Of a stretch of 64,000 nt of DNA, positions 29,593 to 40,891 are shown one piece after another. The notes below the pieces were generated by a model. The model had not been told where the DNA came from and did no database searches. It saw only the letters and a program-made list of their open reading frames with translations. Positions within the stretch are counted from its first letter, which is position 1, and each line of letters starts with the position of its first letter. Source of the DNA: a virus (Duplodnaviria; Heunggongvirae; Uroviricota; Caudoviricetes). The DNA is taken from the IMG/VR virus record IMGVR_UViG_2651869695_000003. One strand, given 5' to 3'. Made by a program: the position numbers and the translations under genes.

Positions 29593-31428
29593 TTACCTGC
29601 CAAAGCGCGTATAGCCAACATCATGGCTGACATCAAAACCGCTGGATCGCGTTTCCATAACCCGCATACCCGGAGGCGAATTCACAAAAGAGACCTTGAT
29701 CTCACCATCAACTTTTGGCGCAGAAGCTTTGTTAATCATGAAGGGATTCAGGCCTGTGGCATCGGAGGCGTTGTTTGACTGAGCCGGATCTACCGCCGGA
29801 TAAGGTGTGTATCCCCGCGCCGGTATTCCCGTCCCATAAGCATCATAAGCACCCGCGCCCCACTGCGCAGAGTTAATGGCATCGACCGTGTCACCGGAAC
29901 TGTCGGTAAACCACTCAATAATTGGCTTCAGCTTGTCCCACATATCCTGAAACCACTTAACAACCGGTCCCCAGTTATTGATCACCATCCCCAGCGGCGA
30001 CCAGGCAAAAACCTTCTTAAGAAGTTCCCAGCCAGTCTCAAAATAAGGACCAATGGTTTCCCAGAGTTTCTTAAAATAAGGTCCGACAACATCCCAGTTA
30101 GTGATAATTAATCCCGCAGCCAGGGCTATCGCCGTCGCAATCATGCCAATCGGCGTCATCGACATGATCCTGCTGACAATACTGATGGCACCGCCAACGC
30201 CCATCAATCCCAGTTTCAGAATCGCAAGACCGGCAGCAAGCCCGACGACGCCGCGAATAACCCGGGGATTTTCATCCGCAAACTTCGTGAATTTTTCCCC
30301 TAACTCCCCCAGCCATTGCGTGATATTTTTAGCGTCACCAGAAAATGCGCCGCCAATAGCCGCAAGGCCGTTAGTTGCGGTCCCCGTCATTGCCTCCCAC
30401 AGGTTGGACAGCGTACCAAGCTGAGCCTGAACACGTTTATTCAGGCTGGCCTGTTTATTCATCTTCTGCTGGATCTGATCGTAGCCATCCTTTCCTTTAT
30501 CGATCAGCGCATTGACCACCTGAAGGGTTTCGGCATCATCACCAAATATTGCCTTAAGTACACCGGTTCGCTTAACGTCGGTCAGTTTTCGCAGCTTTGC
30601 CAGTTGCCTGAACATGTTATCAAGACCGCCAAAACTCCCTTTGCCATCAGTAAAATCGAGCTGTACCCCGAGTTTCTGGCGGGCCATGATTTTATTGACG
30701 TCCCTGATTTTCTTAACGCTTAATCCGGACTGGATAACTTTTCGCAGGGCATTACCTGCCGACTCCCCGTTCATCCCCATCTGATCCATCATGACACTGA
30801 TGGGGGCAAGACTCTGTGCAGCCTGAAGACCGTCCTTATTCACCATTTTCAGAACAGAACTGGTTTTAGTGAAGAAGGACAACATGTTGGTATCATCAAC
30901 GCCCAGATAAAACGCCTTCTGGATAGTGTCGAACAGCCCCATCATGTCTTCTGACGCCGTTCCGGTAGCATCCTGCATCTTTGCAGCAAACTCAGCAGCC
31001 GCTTCCGGTGTTTTTTTCAGTTGTACCGCAAGATAAGCTGTCGCTTTACCCACACCACCAAGAATGTTTTCTGCCGGGATCCCCTGACGCACCAGCATCT
31101 GCATCATGTTCTGGAAATCAGCCGTTGTACCGGGTAGCTGGTTACCCAGGCCAATAGCCAGTTTATTGATGTCCTGAAAGCTCTTTCCAACCTCGCCGTT
31201 CGCATCCATCATGGCGACTTTCAGCCCGGTGGCGGCGTTTTCCTGATCGGCATAAGATTTCAGGGAAAGCGTCAGACCCGCTGCCAGTCCGCCACCAAGC
31301 GCCAGCCCACCCTGTGACGCTTCTTCCGCCTGGCGTTTAAATCCCCGGATTTTCTTTTGCATTTTCGACAGCGCGGGAGAAAGCCTGTCGACACCGGTGA
31401 TCAACGCCTTAAGCTCAAATTCAGCCAT
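29593..31428 (-). CDS. Tail tape measure protein (copy 2)
   Basis: Identical inverted copy of 15338..17173. Confidence 0.85.
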   Translation of the reverse strand: MAEFELKALITGVDRLSPALSKMQKKIRGFKRQAEEASQGGLALGGGLAAGLTLSLKSYADQENAATGLKVAMMDANGEVGKSFQDINKLAIGLGNQLPGTTADFQNMMQMLVRQGIPAENILGGVGKATAYLAVQLKKTPEAAAEFAAKMQDATGTASEDMMGLFDTIQKAFYLGVDDTNMLSFFTKTSSVLKMVNKDGLQAAQSLAPISVMMDQMGMNGESAGNALRKVIQSGLSVKKIRDVNKIMARQKLGVQLDFTDGKGSFGGLDNMFRQLAKLRKLTDVKRTGVLKAIFGDDAETLQVVNALIDKGKDGYDQIQQKMNKQASLNKRVQAQLGTLSNLWEAMTGTATNGLAAIGGAFSGDAKNITQWLGELGEKFTKFADENPRVIRGVVGLAAGLAILKLGLMGVGGAISIVSRIMSMTPIGMIATAIALAAGLIITNWDVVGPYFKKLWETIGPYFETGWELLKKVFAWSPLGMVINNWGPVVKWFQDMWDKLKPIIEWFTDSSGDTVDAINSAQWGAGAYDAYGTGIPARGYTPYPAVDPAQSNNASDATGLNPFMINKASAPKVDGEIKVSFVNSPPGMRVMETRSSGFDVSHDVGYTRFGR

Positions 31429-31839
31429 GTGTGCGTTTCTCCTGCTCTATCCTGTTTGCCTGACTGACCAGCAAGGGAATTTCACTGATCGGCATATTCA
31501 GCAATTCGAAGGGATTAATGCGCCAGTAACTGGCGCAGTCAAAGAAGCGATCAGTGAGGTATTCAGCCGTCAGGCCTGGAGGAAAAAACCAGCCACAAGC
31601 CACGCCGCTGCATTCAGGTCTGCCGGAGACATCTGGTCGACAGAGCTTTGCGGCACTTTCGCCAGCCGCACAATGTATTTCGACACCACATGCGCCAGAA
31701 GTCTGACGGACTCATCCTGATTCATCTGGTAGGGATACCCCAGCTCGCGGACATCCTTCCCGGTGGGTTCATCAAACTCCAGTACGGAGAGTGTCTCACC
31801 ATGAGCGATAATCGGTTTCTTTAACTCAAGCTCTTTCAT
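31421..31839 (-). CDS. Tail assembly chaperone incl. -1 frameshift extension (copy 2)
   Basis: Identical inverted copy of 14927..15345; slippery site at 31582..31588. Confidence 0.5.
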
Positions 31840-32195
31840 TACTGGTAATCCCCTTCTTCACCGTGGAACTCAAGATCAACCGTGCCTTCTTCGGCATTAT
31901 GGTTCGCTTCTCCGTGCAGCCAGGCGGACGACAATACATAGACCTGACCGTTCGCCAGCTCGGCAGTGATGGTCATCTCATCAGACGAGGTGATTTTGCT
32001 CACCGGAAAATTCTTCGGCACCTTGAAGGTCCCTTTGACATAAGGCGCACGGTGAGTTTCCTTGCGGTCCACTGAACCGTCCAGGCCGATGATGTCATCA
32101 TTGACCGTCCTGTTCATGGGCACCTCAATGCCGCCGGTCAGCGATAGCTGCTGACCGTCAATTTTGAAATAACAGGTTCCCCCGATACGGGCCAT
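31839..32195 (-). CDS. Tail tube protein (copy 2)
   Basis: Identical inverted copy of 14571..14927. Confidence 0.75.
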   Translation of the reverse strand: MARIGGTCYFKIDGQQLSLTGGIEVPMNRTVNDDIIGLDGSVDRKETHRAPYVKGTFKVPKNFPVSKITSSDEMTITAELANGQVYVLSSAWLHGEANHNAEEGTVDLEFHGEEGDYQ

Positions 32196-33691
32196 TATGC
32201 AGACTCCTCTGAATACTGAAGACGGAACTGGTTAACCACGGCAAAAACACGCAACTGGTTAACATAGTCAGGCGGGAACAGCGTGTTCAGGCGGTTCGGA
32301 TCGCTGGCATCACGCTCCACAACCAGGTACTGCTTAAACAGTTCGTAGTTTTCCACGATCCCCGCACGCTCAAGCTGACGGTAGGTTGCCAGCAGTTCCC
32401 CTTTGATTACCGCCGGGGTGACAATCGCCTGACCGGGACCAAAGCGGGTACCGTCGCTGGCAAGCTTGTGACGCCCGTACTTACTGGTAATGACGGATTT
32501 CAGTTTGCGCAGTACATACGCACTGGTATGCAGCGTCTCGCTGTCGAGGTAGCTGTTATCCGCAACCCCGTAAGCATTTTTCCTGTACGTGGTGACATCA
32601 CGCTGAATGCGCAGCACCCCGCTTTCGACATACGCCGTTGCCACGCCATGAGACAGCAGGGTCTGCTGCTCGGTCATCGTGAACCGTTTCCCCTTCGGCG
32701 CAGGCAGCATACCCACCAGCTCACCGGTCTGCGTGGGACGTGCCGGATCGTTGCGGATAAACACCGCTGCGCGGGCGGTACGGCTTGCCGCCAGCTCGTC
32801 GGCAGGCGTCTGGGTGTCTTTTTCGTACCCCGCTAGGGTAATGTGCTGCTGGTTAAACTGGTCACCTGCGGTCACCAGTTCTGACAGCGTGCCGATCTTT
32901 GCCGTATACACATGACCATACAGCTGACGCGCATAGCTCCAGCGACCGCTGGTATCGTTCATCTCGGTCACCAGCGTGTTAACGGAGGCCGTGTCGTTGA
33001 ACGGCAGGCCGATATAATCAAACGGCTCATCCGCCATTGCAGCCACCGCGCCGGTGAGAACAGGAGCGCCCGTTCCGGCGTTCCCCGTCGCCACGGCAAT
33101 CTGTACGCCCGCTGGCAGCACTTCGCCCCCACCGAAGCCGTAGTAATTGAGGCTGACAGGAATTTCATTCCCGCAAAGCCCCTTATGACGCGCGGTCAGT
33201 GTGACCACGCCAGCCGAAGATGAAGCTGTAAACGGCAGAGTCGGAACGGCATTGATGGCATCTTTGATACTGCTGGCAATCGTCGTGACGTTATCGCCGT
33301 TGGTCACCGGAGCCTGCACGCGGGTACGTCCCACATAGACATTCACCGTGCCGCTTTCGGTTGCTTCCCCGGTCACCGTCAGCGTAACCGTTGCCGCCGC
33401 GCCTGTGGCTTCCGGAACGGCAATCACATACAGCTCACCAAACGGGTCGGTCTGGCGATAAGCCTCGACCATACGCGCCAGCTGACTTCCCGCACCACAA
33501 ATCTGGCGTGCATAGTCTGCCGACGGCATCAGCACCAGACTGTTGGCAACAATCTCTGCACCGTTATTGGCATGACCAATCAGCAGCGATGCTCCGTTGT
33601 CCTGTGCAGTATTCGCCGCCTGGTTATCCATTTCCGCATAAAACAGCGGAACCAGCGTATTCGACGGAATGGTGTTAAAGCTTATCGTCAT
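32195..33691 (-). CDS. Tail sheath protein (copy 2)
   Basis: Identical inverted copy of 13075..14571. Confidence 0.85.
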   Translation of the reverse strand: MTISFNTIPSNTLVPLFYAEMDNQAANTAQDNGASLLIGHANNGAEIVANSLVLMPSADYARQICGAGSQLARMVEAYRQTDPFGELYVIAVPEATGAAATVTLTVTGEATESGTVNVYVGRTRVQAPVTNGDNVTTIASSIKDAINAVPTLPFTASSSAGVVTLTARHKGLCGNEIPVSLNYYGFGGGEVLPAGVQIAVATGNAGTGAPVLTGAVAAMADEPFDYIGLPFNDTASVNTLVTEMNDTSGRWSYARQLYGHVYTAKIGTLSELVTAGDQFNQQHITLAGYEKDTQTPADELAASRTARAAVFIRNDPARPTQTGELVGMLPAPKGKRFTMTEQQTLLSHGVATAYVESGVLRIQRDVTTYRKNAYGVADNSYLDSETLHTSAYVLRKLKSVITSKYGRHKLASDGTRFGPGQAIVTPAVIKGELLATYRQLERAGIVENYELFKQYLVVERDASDPNRLNTLFPPDYVNQLRVFAVVNQFRLQYSEESA

Positions 33692-33845
33692 CGGTGTTCA
33701 CCTTTTTATTCACGCGCCGGATATCACCCGCTGCTTCACGGCGCAGCCAGTAGTTGTTCTCGTCAACATTTCGCCCTTCGGCGGGCAAAAGGTCACCGCG
33801 GGCAGGGTCAGGCACTGACCGCCCTTTAACAGGTTTCACAAACAT
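33675..33845 (-). CDS. Small protein upstream of sheath (copy 2)
   Basis: Inverted copy of 12921..13091. Confidence 0.35.
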   Translation of the reverse strand: MFVKPVKGRSVPDPARGDLLPAEGRNVDENNYWLRREAAGDIRRVNKKVNTDDDKL

Positions 33846-33853
33846 GAAGATTC

Positions 33854-34414
33854 TCAGGAAGGAAGGGTTATTTCGGTGTGATGTTCGATATCGCCGTCAG
33901 GCCCGTTACCGGGATCGAGATAATCAACATCAATCGCCAGCGTTCGCAGTTCATCCAGACTGTTCAGGTCATCCTGCTGGCGGGTATCGTCTTCGGTCAG
34001 CTCGCTGATGATCGAAAAATCGAACTGATAAATCAGCTCATGACGATTCAGATCCAGCAGCGTGCCGCCGTCATAGTTAATCGGGTTACCGCACGCTTCC
34101 GGGTTCCAGCCCAGCAGGGCCTTAAAGAGCATCTGCCGGACATCGTCCACCACATCATACGAAGCAAACTGACCGCGCTCATCACGCCCGTTACTCAGTA
34201 TGACAACCACGGAGAAGCCCTCTTTCAGCTCCTGCCAGTAGTCGGTCTGGCTTTTGTTTTCTCCCGGAGAATCATCACCCGGTACAACATATGCCGCCGG
34301 GAGTTTCAGCTTTCCGACCTCCGGCAGATTTTTGAACTGGGCCGCGCCTGCAACCCGGTTTTCAAAATATGGACAGCGGGCACGCAGTGCAGCAATAACA
34401 GGCGTCAGTTTCAT
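33854..34414 (-). CDS. Tail completion / neck protein (copy 2)
   Basis: Identical inverted copy of 12352..12912. Confidence 0.5.
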   Translation of the reverse strand: MKLTPVIAALRARCPYFENRVAGAAQFKNLPEVGKLKLPAAYVVPGDDSPGENKSQTDYWQELKEGFSVVVILSNGRDERGQFASYDVVDDVRQMLFKALLGWNPEACGNPINYDGGTLLDLNRHELIYQFDFSIISELTEDDTRQQDDLNSLDELRTLAIDVDYLDPGNGPDGDIEHHTEITLPS

Positions 34415-34941
34415 CTGTGTCGTCGCTCCGGCTTCAGTGATTTACGCAATTCCCGCGCCAGAAAATAGCGTGTCCAGCTGCGGTTCTTTTCAAGCGTTTC
34501 CACCATGAAGTTATTACGTGGAGCCAGTCGCCAGCCGCTGCCACCGGATGCACCACGATGATGGCTGCGACGACGCTTTGCCCCTCGCCTCACGCCATAG
34601 AACAAAAAAGCCGGATAAAAATCACCGGTGATACGGCGGTTTCCCTCTCCATTACGCTGGTTAGGGGCTATACGTGCCATAAAACCAGGGCGATGTTTAC
34701 TGGCTCTGGGTACCATGTAACCAATCGAACGAGCCAGGCGTCCGGTCTGATAACCGGGGTTTTCACCCGGTGCCGACCGCGCACGGCGCATCACCAGCCG
34801 ACGGGCATCACGCATATGACGCTGACCAATCGTGACAAACGCCCGCCGGACACGGGCGCGGTTAAAGCGCATCTCCGCGGGCTGCTGAAAATCAACGTGC
34901 AAAAAGGAAGTCGTCATTGTTGCCTCCGTGACTCTGCCCAC
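34411..34941 (-). CDS. Virion morphogenesis protein gp10-like (copy 2)
   Basis: Identical inverted copy of 11825..12355. Confidence 0.5.
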   Translation of the reverse strand: MGRVTEATMTTSFLHVDFQQPAEMRFNRARVRRAFVTIGQRHMRDARRLVMRRARSAPGENPGYQTGRLARSIGYMVPRASKHRPGFMARIAPNQRNGEGNRRITGDFYPAFLFYGVRRGAKRRRSHHRGASGGSGWRLAPRNNFMVETLEKNRSWTRYFLARELRKSLKPERRHR

Positions 34942-35302
34942 ATTCGCCCAGCTCCGTACACTCCAGCAGCAGAAAGCGCCGCGCCCCGTTCAGATCGCGC
35001 TGACGTTTCACCCGGTACACACTGTCACCGCAGACCACCTCATAATCAGCGGTGATCCCCCGGCGGTAACGAATGGTGATGTAATGGGTGATGGCGTCCC
35101 CGGTCTGCGCGGTTTCCTGCCAGGTGGTGGCACTGGTCTGGATAACCTTCGCCCATGTCCGGAACGTAACCGGGTATTGAGGCTCCACGCCAAAGTTATC
35201 CGCGGGCATATCCACCCGCTGGCGGATCAGGACGCGTTTATTCAGTTCACCGGGGTCCGGCAGAATGTAGGTTGCGCTGGTCTGCGCCTGACGAATTTTC
35301 AT
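34892..35302 (-). CDS. Head closure protein (copy 2)
   Basis: Identical inverted copy of 11464..11874. Confidence 0.55.
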   Translation of the reverse strand: MKIRQAQTSATYILPDPGELNKRVLIRQRVDMPADNFGVEPQYPVTFRTWAKVIQTSATTWQETAQTGDAITHYITIRYRRGITADYEVVCGDSVYRVKRQRDLNGARRFLLLECTELGECGQSHGGNNDDFLFAR

Positions 35303-35622
35303 TGCGGAAAGTACCTGTACGGGCCGACAAGCCAGCCAAAACTCTGCGGCATGTCGAGTTTCTCCACTTCCGTAACCGACGAGCGGTTTTCGTAAAAATG
35401 GCTGATAAGCATCAGCATCCCCAGACGAATATCATCCGGCAGGTGCAGCCCGTCCGGATCGCTGTCCGGAATGGTTTCATCCGGTGCATAGAGCTTCCGG
35501 TTCAGATACGTTTCCGTCCGCTTTTGTGCCGCACAGGCCAGCAGTTGCAGATGGCGGTCATCAGCATCGAAATCCTCATCCAGCCGGAGTTGGGCTTTAA
35601 TCTCTTCCATTGTCAGAAGCAT
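35299..35622 (-). CDS. Head-tail connector gp6-like (copy 2)
   Basis: Identical inverted copy of 11144..11467. Confidence 0.6.
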   Translation of the reverse strand: MLLTMEEIKAQLRLDEDFDADDRHLQLLACAAQKRTETYLNRKLYAPDETIPDSDPDGLHLPDDIRLGMLMLISHFYENRSSVTEVEKLDMPQSFGWLVGPYRYFPQ

Positions 35623-35624
35623 AC

Positions 35625-35825
35625 TCAGCCCTCTTTACTGGTCGTGGCTTTTTTCTCTTTTGCCGCTTTACTGCTTTTTGCACTGATTCCGCGCTCTGCT
35701 AACCCGGCCTGAAGTGCAATCTCCTGCACCCGGGCAGGAAGCGCCCCGTCGTCATACTCACCGGCCCGAATGACCTCAACACGCATACCGTCCGGTGACC
35801 ATTTCAGATCTTGTTTCAGGATCAT
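35625..35825 (-). CDS. Small hypothetical head-module protein (copy 2)
   Basis: Identical inverted copy of 10941..11141. Confidence 0.4.
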   Translation of the reverse strand: MILKQDLKWSPDGMRVEVIRAGEYDDGALPARVQEIALQAGLAERGISAKSSKAAKEKKATTSKEG

Positions 35826-35874
35826 GATTCTTCACCCGTCAGAACAGGGGGCGCGGTTCCGCGCCCCTGAGTGA

Positions 35875-37080
35875 TTACGCCGCTGCAATCTTCAGCAGTT
35901 TGATGGCCTGCGAATCGACCAGCATCCCGCCGGTGCGCTTGGTGGTATAAAAACCGACAAACGGTTTATTGGTGTACGGGTCACGCAGAATGCGGGTGCC
36001 GATACGGTCAACGATGGTGTAACCCCGTTTGAAGTTACCAAATGCAATGGCTTTCGCATCAGCGGCGATATCCGGCATCTGTTCGTTTTCAGCGATACCG
36101 TAACCCGCCAGAGAGGACGGCTGCCCCAGTTCCAGCCCCGGACGCCACAGATAGTTACCCTCGGTGTCTTTCAGCAGACGGATGGCAAACAGGCTGTTGT
36201 TGTTCATCATGAACTTCGCGCCAGTGCGGTGTGCCTTACGCAGCGTGTAAATCAGTTTGATAATGGCGTCTGCGGTCACCGCGGTCGCTTCGCCGGATAC
36301 AATATGCTGAAGTTTGCCGAACGCCCGGATCTTATCGGTTTCATCAGTAGATTCATACGCCAGGAACCCTTTTGGCTTCTTGGTACCATCGCCGGTGGTA
36401 AAGGCAATTTCTTCCTGTTCGGCAAATTCGGTCGCCAGCTCGCTGTTGATCCAGGCCTCCACGTTGAAGAAGGCATCGTCCAGCATTTTCTGGGTAGCCT
36501 GCGGGTTGCCGTAGATTTCCCCCATGAGAGGTTCAATCAGCTCCAGTCTGGAGGTGGCAGTCTGGGATCGCGTATCCGTTTCCCCCACCCATCCGGAAGC
36601 CGTACCGCCCAGATTCACCAGTTTTTTGTAGTCGGAACCGCCAACGGTGATCACCGTGGCTTCCTGACGCATCACCACTTCATCTTTCAGCAGGTTAAGA
36701 ATGTTGCGATCCAGTTCTTCCGGCACGGCGTAGCCACCGTCTTCATCGGTGCCCACCTGCAATGCCTTACGCTCCAGATCGCGCAGACCGTCTTCACGGC
36801 CTTTACGCAGGAAGCCCACAAACGCCTCTTTATGCTCGGTGGCCAGTTTATTTTGCGATCCACCTGCCGGACGTTTCAGCTCAAGCAGCTCTTTTTCAAG
36901 GTCGCTTTTGAGATTTTCCAGCTCGCTGAGTTTCCCGTTCAGGGTTTCCACCTGTCCGGCAAGCTTGCCTTTTTCCTGCTCAATCGCATCCACGCGCTTG
37001 TCGTTCTTTGCTTTGAAGTCGTCAAACTTCTGCTGCAGCTCCTGCGCGACCTGTTCGACATCTTTAATATCTACCGCCAT
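35875..37080 (-). CDS. Major capsid protein (copy 2)
   Basis: Identical inverted copy of 9686..10891. Confidence 0.85.
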   Translation of the reverse strand: MAVDIKDVEQVAQELQQKFDDFKAKNDKRVDAIEQEKGKLAGQVETLNGKLSELENLKSDLEKELLELKRPAGGSQNKLATEHKEAFVGFLRKGREDGLRDLERKALQVGTDEDGGYAVPEELDRNILNLLKDEVVMRQEATVITVGGSDYKKLVNLGGTASGWVGETDTRSQTATSRLELIEPLMGEIYGNPQATQKMLDDAFFNVEAWINSELATEFAEQEEIAFTTGDGTKKPKGFLAYESTDETDKIRAFGKLQHIVSGEATAVTADAIIKLIYTLRKAHRTGAKFMMNNNSLFAIRLLKDTEGNYLWRPGLELGQPSSLAGYGIAENEQMPDIAADAKAIAFGNFKRGYTIVDRIGTRILRDPYTNKPFVGFYTTKRTGGMLVDSQAIKLLKIAAA

Positions 37081-37094
37081 CGTATTTCTCCTGA

Positions 37095-37745
37095 TTAGAA
37101 GTTCAGATTTTTCAGTGCATTCAGTGCAGAGCTCACATCCTCAGCGTCGCGCAGGGACAGTGCGCTATAGCCCCCGGCCATGAATGCTTTGGCCTGGGTA
37201 CGGGAGAGTCCGACATCACGCAGGACTCTTTCGATTTTTTTCTGTTCGGGGATTTCCCCGCGAGCCAGCGCGTTCTTGACGTCGCTGATCCGTGCCTCGT
37301 CGTTAGACGGGAACGTCACCAGACTGACTTCCCAGAGGTCGATTTCTTTCAGCAGAAAGGCTTCTTTCGTCCGGTCGTATTCCCAGTCCTTCAGGACGTA
37401 CCCAATAGAAAGGCCGGTTAACGAACCGGCCTTCATGTGTGCATGTGCGCGTTTTGCCAGGGGATCATCATCAATGAGCAATCGCCCCCTGACGTAAAGC
37501 CCGACATCGTCTTCCTTCATTTCGGTGTAAACACCGATGGGCTCATCCATGCGGTGCTGCCAGAGCAGCGCAGGTAACGCTTTTCTGTCACTCCACGCCC
37601 GCAGGGAAGCAGCAAATGCCCCGGACATCACCACATCATCGTGGCTGTCCTTTACACCAAAGACGGAGCCATACCCTTCAAACTCACCGGAGTCACTGAC
37701 AGATTTCAGACTCAGCGGTACATCAAGACGTTGTTTCGTCTGCAT
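37095..37745 (-). CDS. Prohead protease (copy 2)
   Basis: Identical inverted copy of 9021..9671. Confidence 0.8.
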   Translation of the reverse strand: MQTKQRLDVPLSLKSVSDSGEFEGYGSVFGVKDSHDDVVMSGAFAASLRAWSDRKALPALLWQHRMDEPIGVYTEMKEDDVGLYVRGRLLIDDDPLAKRAHAHMKAGSLTGLSIGYVLKDWEYDRTKEAFLLKEIDLWEVSLVTFPSNDEARISDVKNALARGEIPEQKKIERVLRDVGLSRTQAKAFMAGGYSALSLRDAEDVSSALNALKNLNF

Positions 37746-38964
37746 TGGCGTTATCCTTCTGCTTACCGGCTTTACTGCCATCGGAGGGTTTCGTGGTCAT
37801 ATTCATCGGCGTGAGATAGACATCCCCACCGGGACGCGGATTCATATCTTCCAGGTCGCGGCAGTCATTGGGAGAGTAAATTCCCCAGTTGATACCGGTG
37901 GCGTAGGCTTCAAAACGGGACTTCATATCCCCGCGCAGTAACGCCCCGGCGTTAAATTTGGCGTAATAAACGCCCTGCTTACTTTTTCGTACCAGTCCGG
38001 TGTTGATCCGCTGCTCAATGCGGGTCAGATACGGCACCAGTGAATAGTTGATAAATCCCAGCCCCAGCTCTTCGATATTGTTGAAGGTGGCGCGATCGGT
38101 GTTCTGCACCATGTGCAATGGCACCCGGAACAGACGACAGATTTCTTCAAGCTGAAACTTGCGGGTTTCCAGGAACTGGCTGTCCTCGGCGTTCAGCGCC
38201 ATCGACTTCCAGTCCAGCCCCATCTCAAGGATCATCGGGCGGTGAGCATTGCCAAGCCCGGTGTGACGCTCCTCAAAATCTTTCTTCAGGCGCTCATAAG
38301 CCTGATCCGACAGCGTCTGCTCTGTACGCAACACACCGGACGTCACCGCACCATTGCTGAACAGTCTGGCCCCGTGCTCTTCGGTCGCAGCTGCCAGCGA
38401 TATTGCCTCGCGGGCATAGGCGATGGGATTCAGTCCCACCAGACCGTCCAGCGTCAGCGTGCGCACATGCCAGATATCTTCCTGGCTCAGTACATCCGTG
38501 GAGCCGTCCGGGAATGTGACCTGATAGACCGGCTCCCAGCTACTGTTAAGCTTCGGTACCACACAGCCGGGATCGACGGGCAGCAGTTCAGCCACTTCGC
38601 CAAATCCTTTCACTTTGTAGGCGTAAAAGTTTCCCCGCAAGCACAGACAGGTGACCACCAGCTCCCAGAACTCCTGCGGCGTCATATAGCCATTGGGATG
38701 CGTGGAGATCAGCTTATGCAGACGCTCGCCGGTGGCTCTCTTTTTCAGGCTGCCGTTCAGGTGATACAGATTGCAGGGCAACATCCCGACCGACTCTGCC
38801 AGCACCCTGACGCAGGAAAAAACCGCCGTCAGTCGCATGGCCCGCTGGCTGCTGATCTGCTTTCCGATATAGGTGTCGTAGGACAACCCGATAGCATCCG
38901 CCAGCTCTGCTGGCGTGGTCACTGGTGCGTCACTTTTTCGTTGAAATAATCCCGAAAAGAACAC
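37723..38964 (-). CDS. Portal protein (copy 2)
   Basis: Identical inverted copy of 7802..9043. Confidence 0.85.
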   Translation of the reverse strand: MFFSGLFQRKSDAPVTTPAELADAIGLSYDTYIGKQISSQRAMRLTAVFSCVRVLAESVGMLPCNLYHLNGSLKKRATGERLHKLISTHPNGYMTPQEFWELVVTCLCLRGNFYAYKVKGFGEVAELLPVDPGCVVPKLNSSWEPVYQVTFPDGSTDVLSQEDIWHVRTLTLDGLVGLNPIAYAREAISLAAATEEHGARLFSNGAVTSGVLRTEQTLSDQAYERLKKDFEERHTGLGNAHRPMILEMGLDWKSMALNAEDSQFLETRKFQLEEICRLFRVPLHMVQNTDRATFNNIEELGLGFINYSLVPYLTRIEQRINTGLVRKSKQGVYYAKFNAGALLRGDMKSRFEAYATGINWGIYSPNDCRDLEDMNPRPGGDVYLTPMNMTTKPSDGSKAGKQKDNANADETTS

Positions 38965-39146
38965 TATTTACCTCCGCCGACAGACGACTGTGTACGGTCG
39001 AGATATCGCGCCACCAGCCACGACCAGAACAGACACAACGCCCCGGCAACAACAAACCCCGCCGGGGGATAAATCAGCCAGGCACCATACGCCAGCAAAA
39101 GCGCCCCCAGCACGCCCACCAGAGGCGCGAGAATCAGCATGATCAT
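38964..39146 (-). CDS. Small hydrophobic protein (copy 2)
   Basis: Identical inverted copy of 7620..7802. Confidence 0.35.
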
Positions 39147-39157
39147 AATTACCTCAG

Positions 39158-40891
39158 TTAAAGCGAGCGGATCCCATAGGACTCAATGTGGTCAGACAGC
39201 GTGTCTTCTTTCTCGTACAGCATGGCTCTGCCAACCGCCATAATCAGCGCAACTGCACCATCGATTTTGTTTTCCGCCTGCTCTTTGACGGGCTTCACCA
39301 CATCATCGTTACCCGGAATGGTTTTGCCGACCACGTTGCCGATACACCAGGTCATGATGGGATTGCCATCATGATGAAAGCGCCCCGATTCAATTGCCGC
39401 TTCCAGCTCTTTCATCGGATCGGACATGTTGGTGTAGTTCTGAATGATAGTGATGGGGTTCAGGTCTTCATCAGCAAGGTCATGTGACAGCCCGGTCGCC
39501 CCGAAGGGGTCGATGGGTGACTCACTGACCGGGCTGATTTTGTTCGCCGCTTTGGCCTCCTCGAGGATGTAGCGATAATCCACTTCCGCACCATCGGTAA
39601 CGGTCAGAACGCCCATTTCCACCCATTTCTGAAAGCGTTCGGCTGTCCGTCGATCTTCATTTTTCTCGACGCTGTACACCGTGTCATACGGTACCCAGAA
39701 ACGCGGGGCCACACTGTAGTAATGCGTTTTACCGTCAATCTCGCGGGTATAAAGTCGCGCCATGCTGTTCATATCCAGTTTACGCGCCAAGTCAAAGGCC
39801 AGAATGCACGGCTGCCCCTCGAACTGCTCAAGGGTCAGTGATTTATCCTCGCAGCTCTGCCAGCTCACCAGGTTGAAATACGCCGAACGCGCCGACACCC
39901 AGATATTGAGGTGTTTTGTTTTAAAGACGTTTGCCAGACGGGCGTTATTTTTCGCACGCTGTTGCTGACTTAACAAAAATTCGCGATAAACCGACACGCC
40001 AATATTTGGATTGGCTTTTTCCAGCACCTGCGGGTCGGTCCAGTCGTCACCTTCATCAACGGTATAGATGATCCCGAACAGTTCATCGTTAGGCACCGAC
40101 CCGTTGAGCATCTCGATAACTTCCCGCCGCTTGTCGTAGCACGGCCCCTCAATGTTGTACCCGGCAGTAGTAATGGCCCACATCAGTGGCTGACGTCGCG
40201 CCCCCATCCCGGTAAGCATCGTGGTGTAAAGCGCATCGGTGGCGTGCTCGTGATATTCATCCACCACCGCACAGTGGGGTGATGAACCATCACCGGGGTT
40301 ACCGATCAGCGGTTCAAACCGCGCGCCATCCTCCGGACGGTTCATGTTTGAGGCGTTAACCTCAATCCCGAACGCTTCCGTCAGCATTGGTGTGCGTTTA
40401 CACATCAGTCGCGCCGGGCGAAAGACTTCCCATGCCTGTTTCTCCGTCGTGGCACCGGAATACACTTCCGCGCCGAACTCGTTATCACAGGCAAAACAAT
40501 ACAGAGCGACACCGGCAGAGATTGCCGATTTGCCGTTCTTACGGGGGATTTCGGTATACACCTCCCTGAAGCGGCGCAGCCGGGAGCCTTTATTGACCCA
40601 GCCAAACGCGCAGCAGATCACAAAGAGCTGCCACGGCTCCAGCGTGATGGGCATCCTCTTGAATGCCCACTCACCCTTGGTGTGCGGCAACAGCTGAATA
40701 AATTTGGCGGCCCGTTCAGCCAGGTCCTTGTCGAAGCGGTAACGAAACGACTTACTTTTTTCCGCCATCAGGTCATCAAGATGGCGCTGGCAGGCCTGAA
40801 TCACAAACTGGCAGGCCACAATCTTTCCGCGCACGACATCCCGGGCATACTGATTGGCAGCATTTACGTTGGGGTAAGATTTCCGGCTCAT
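39158..40891 (-). CDS. Terminase large subunit (copy 2)
   Basis: Identical inverted copy of 5875..7608. Confidence 0.9.
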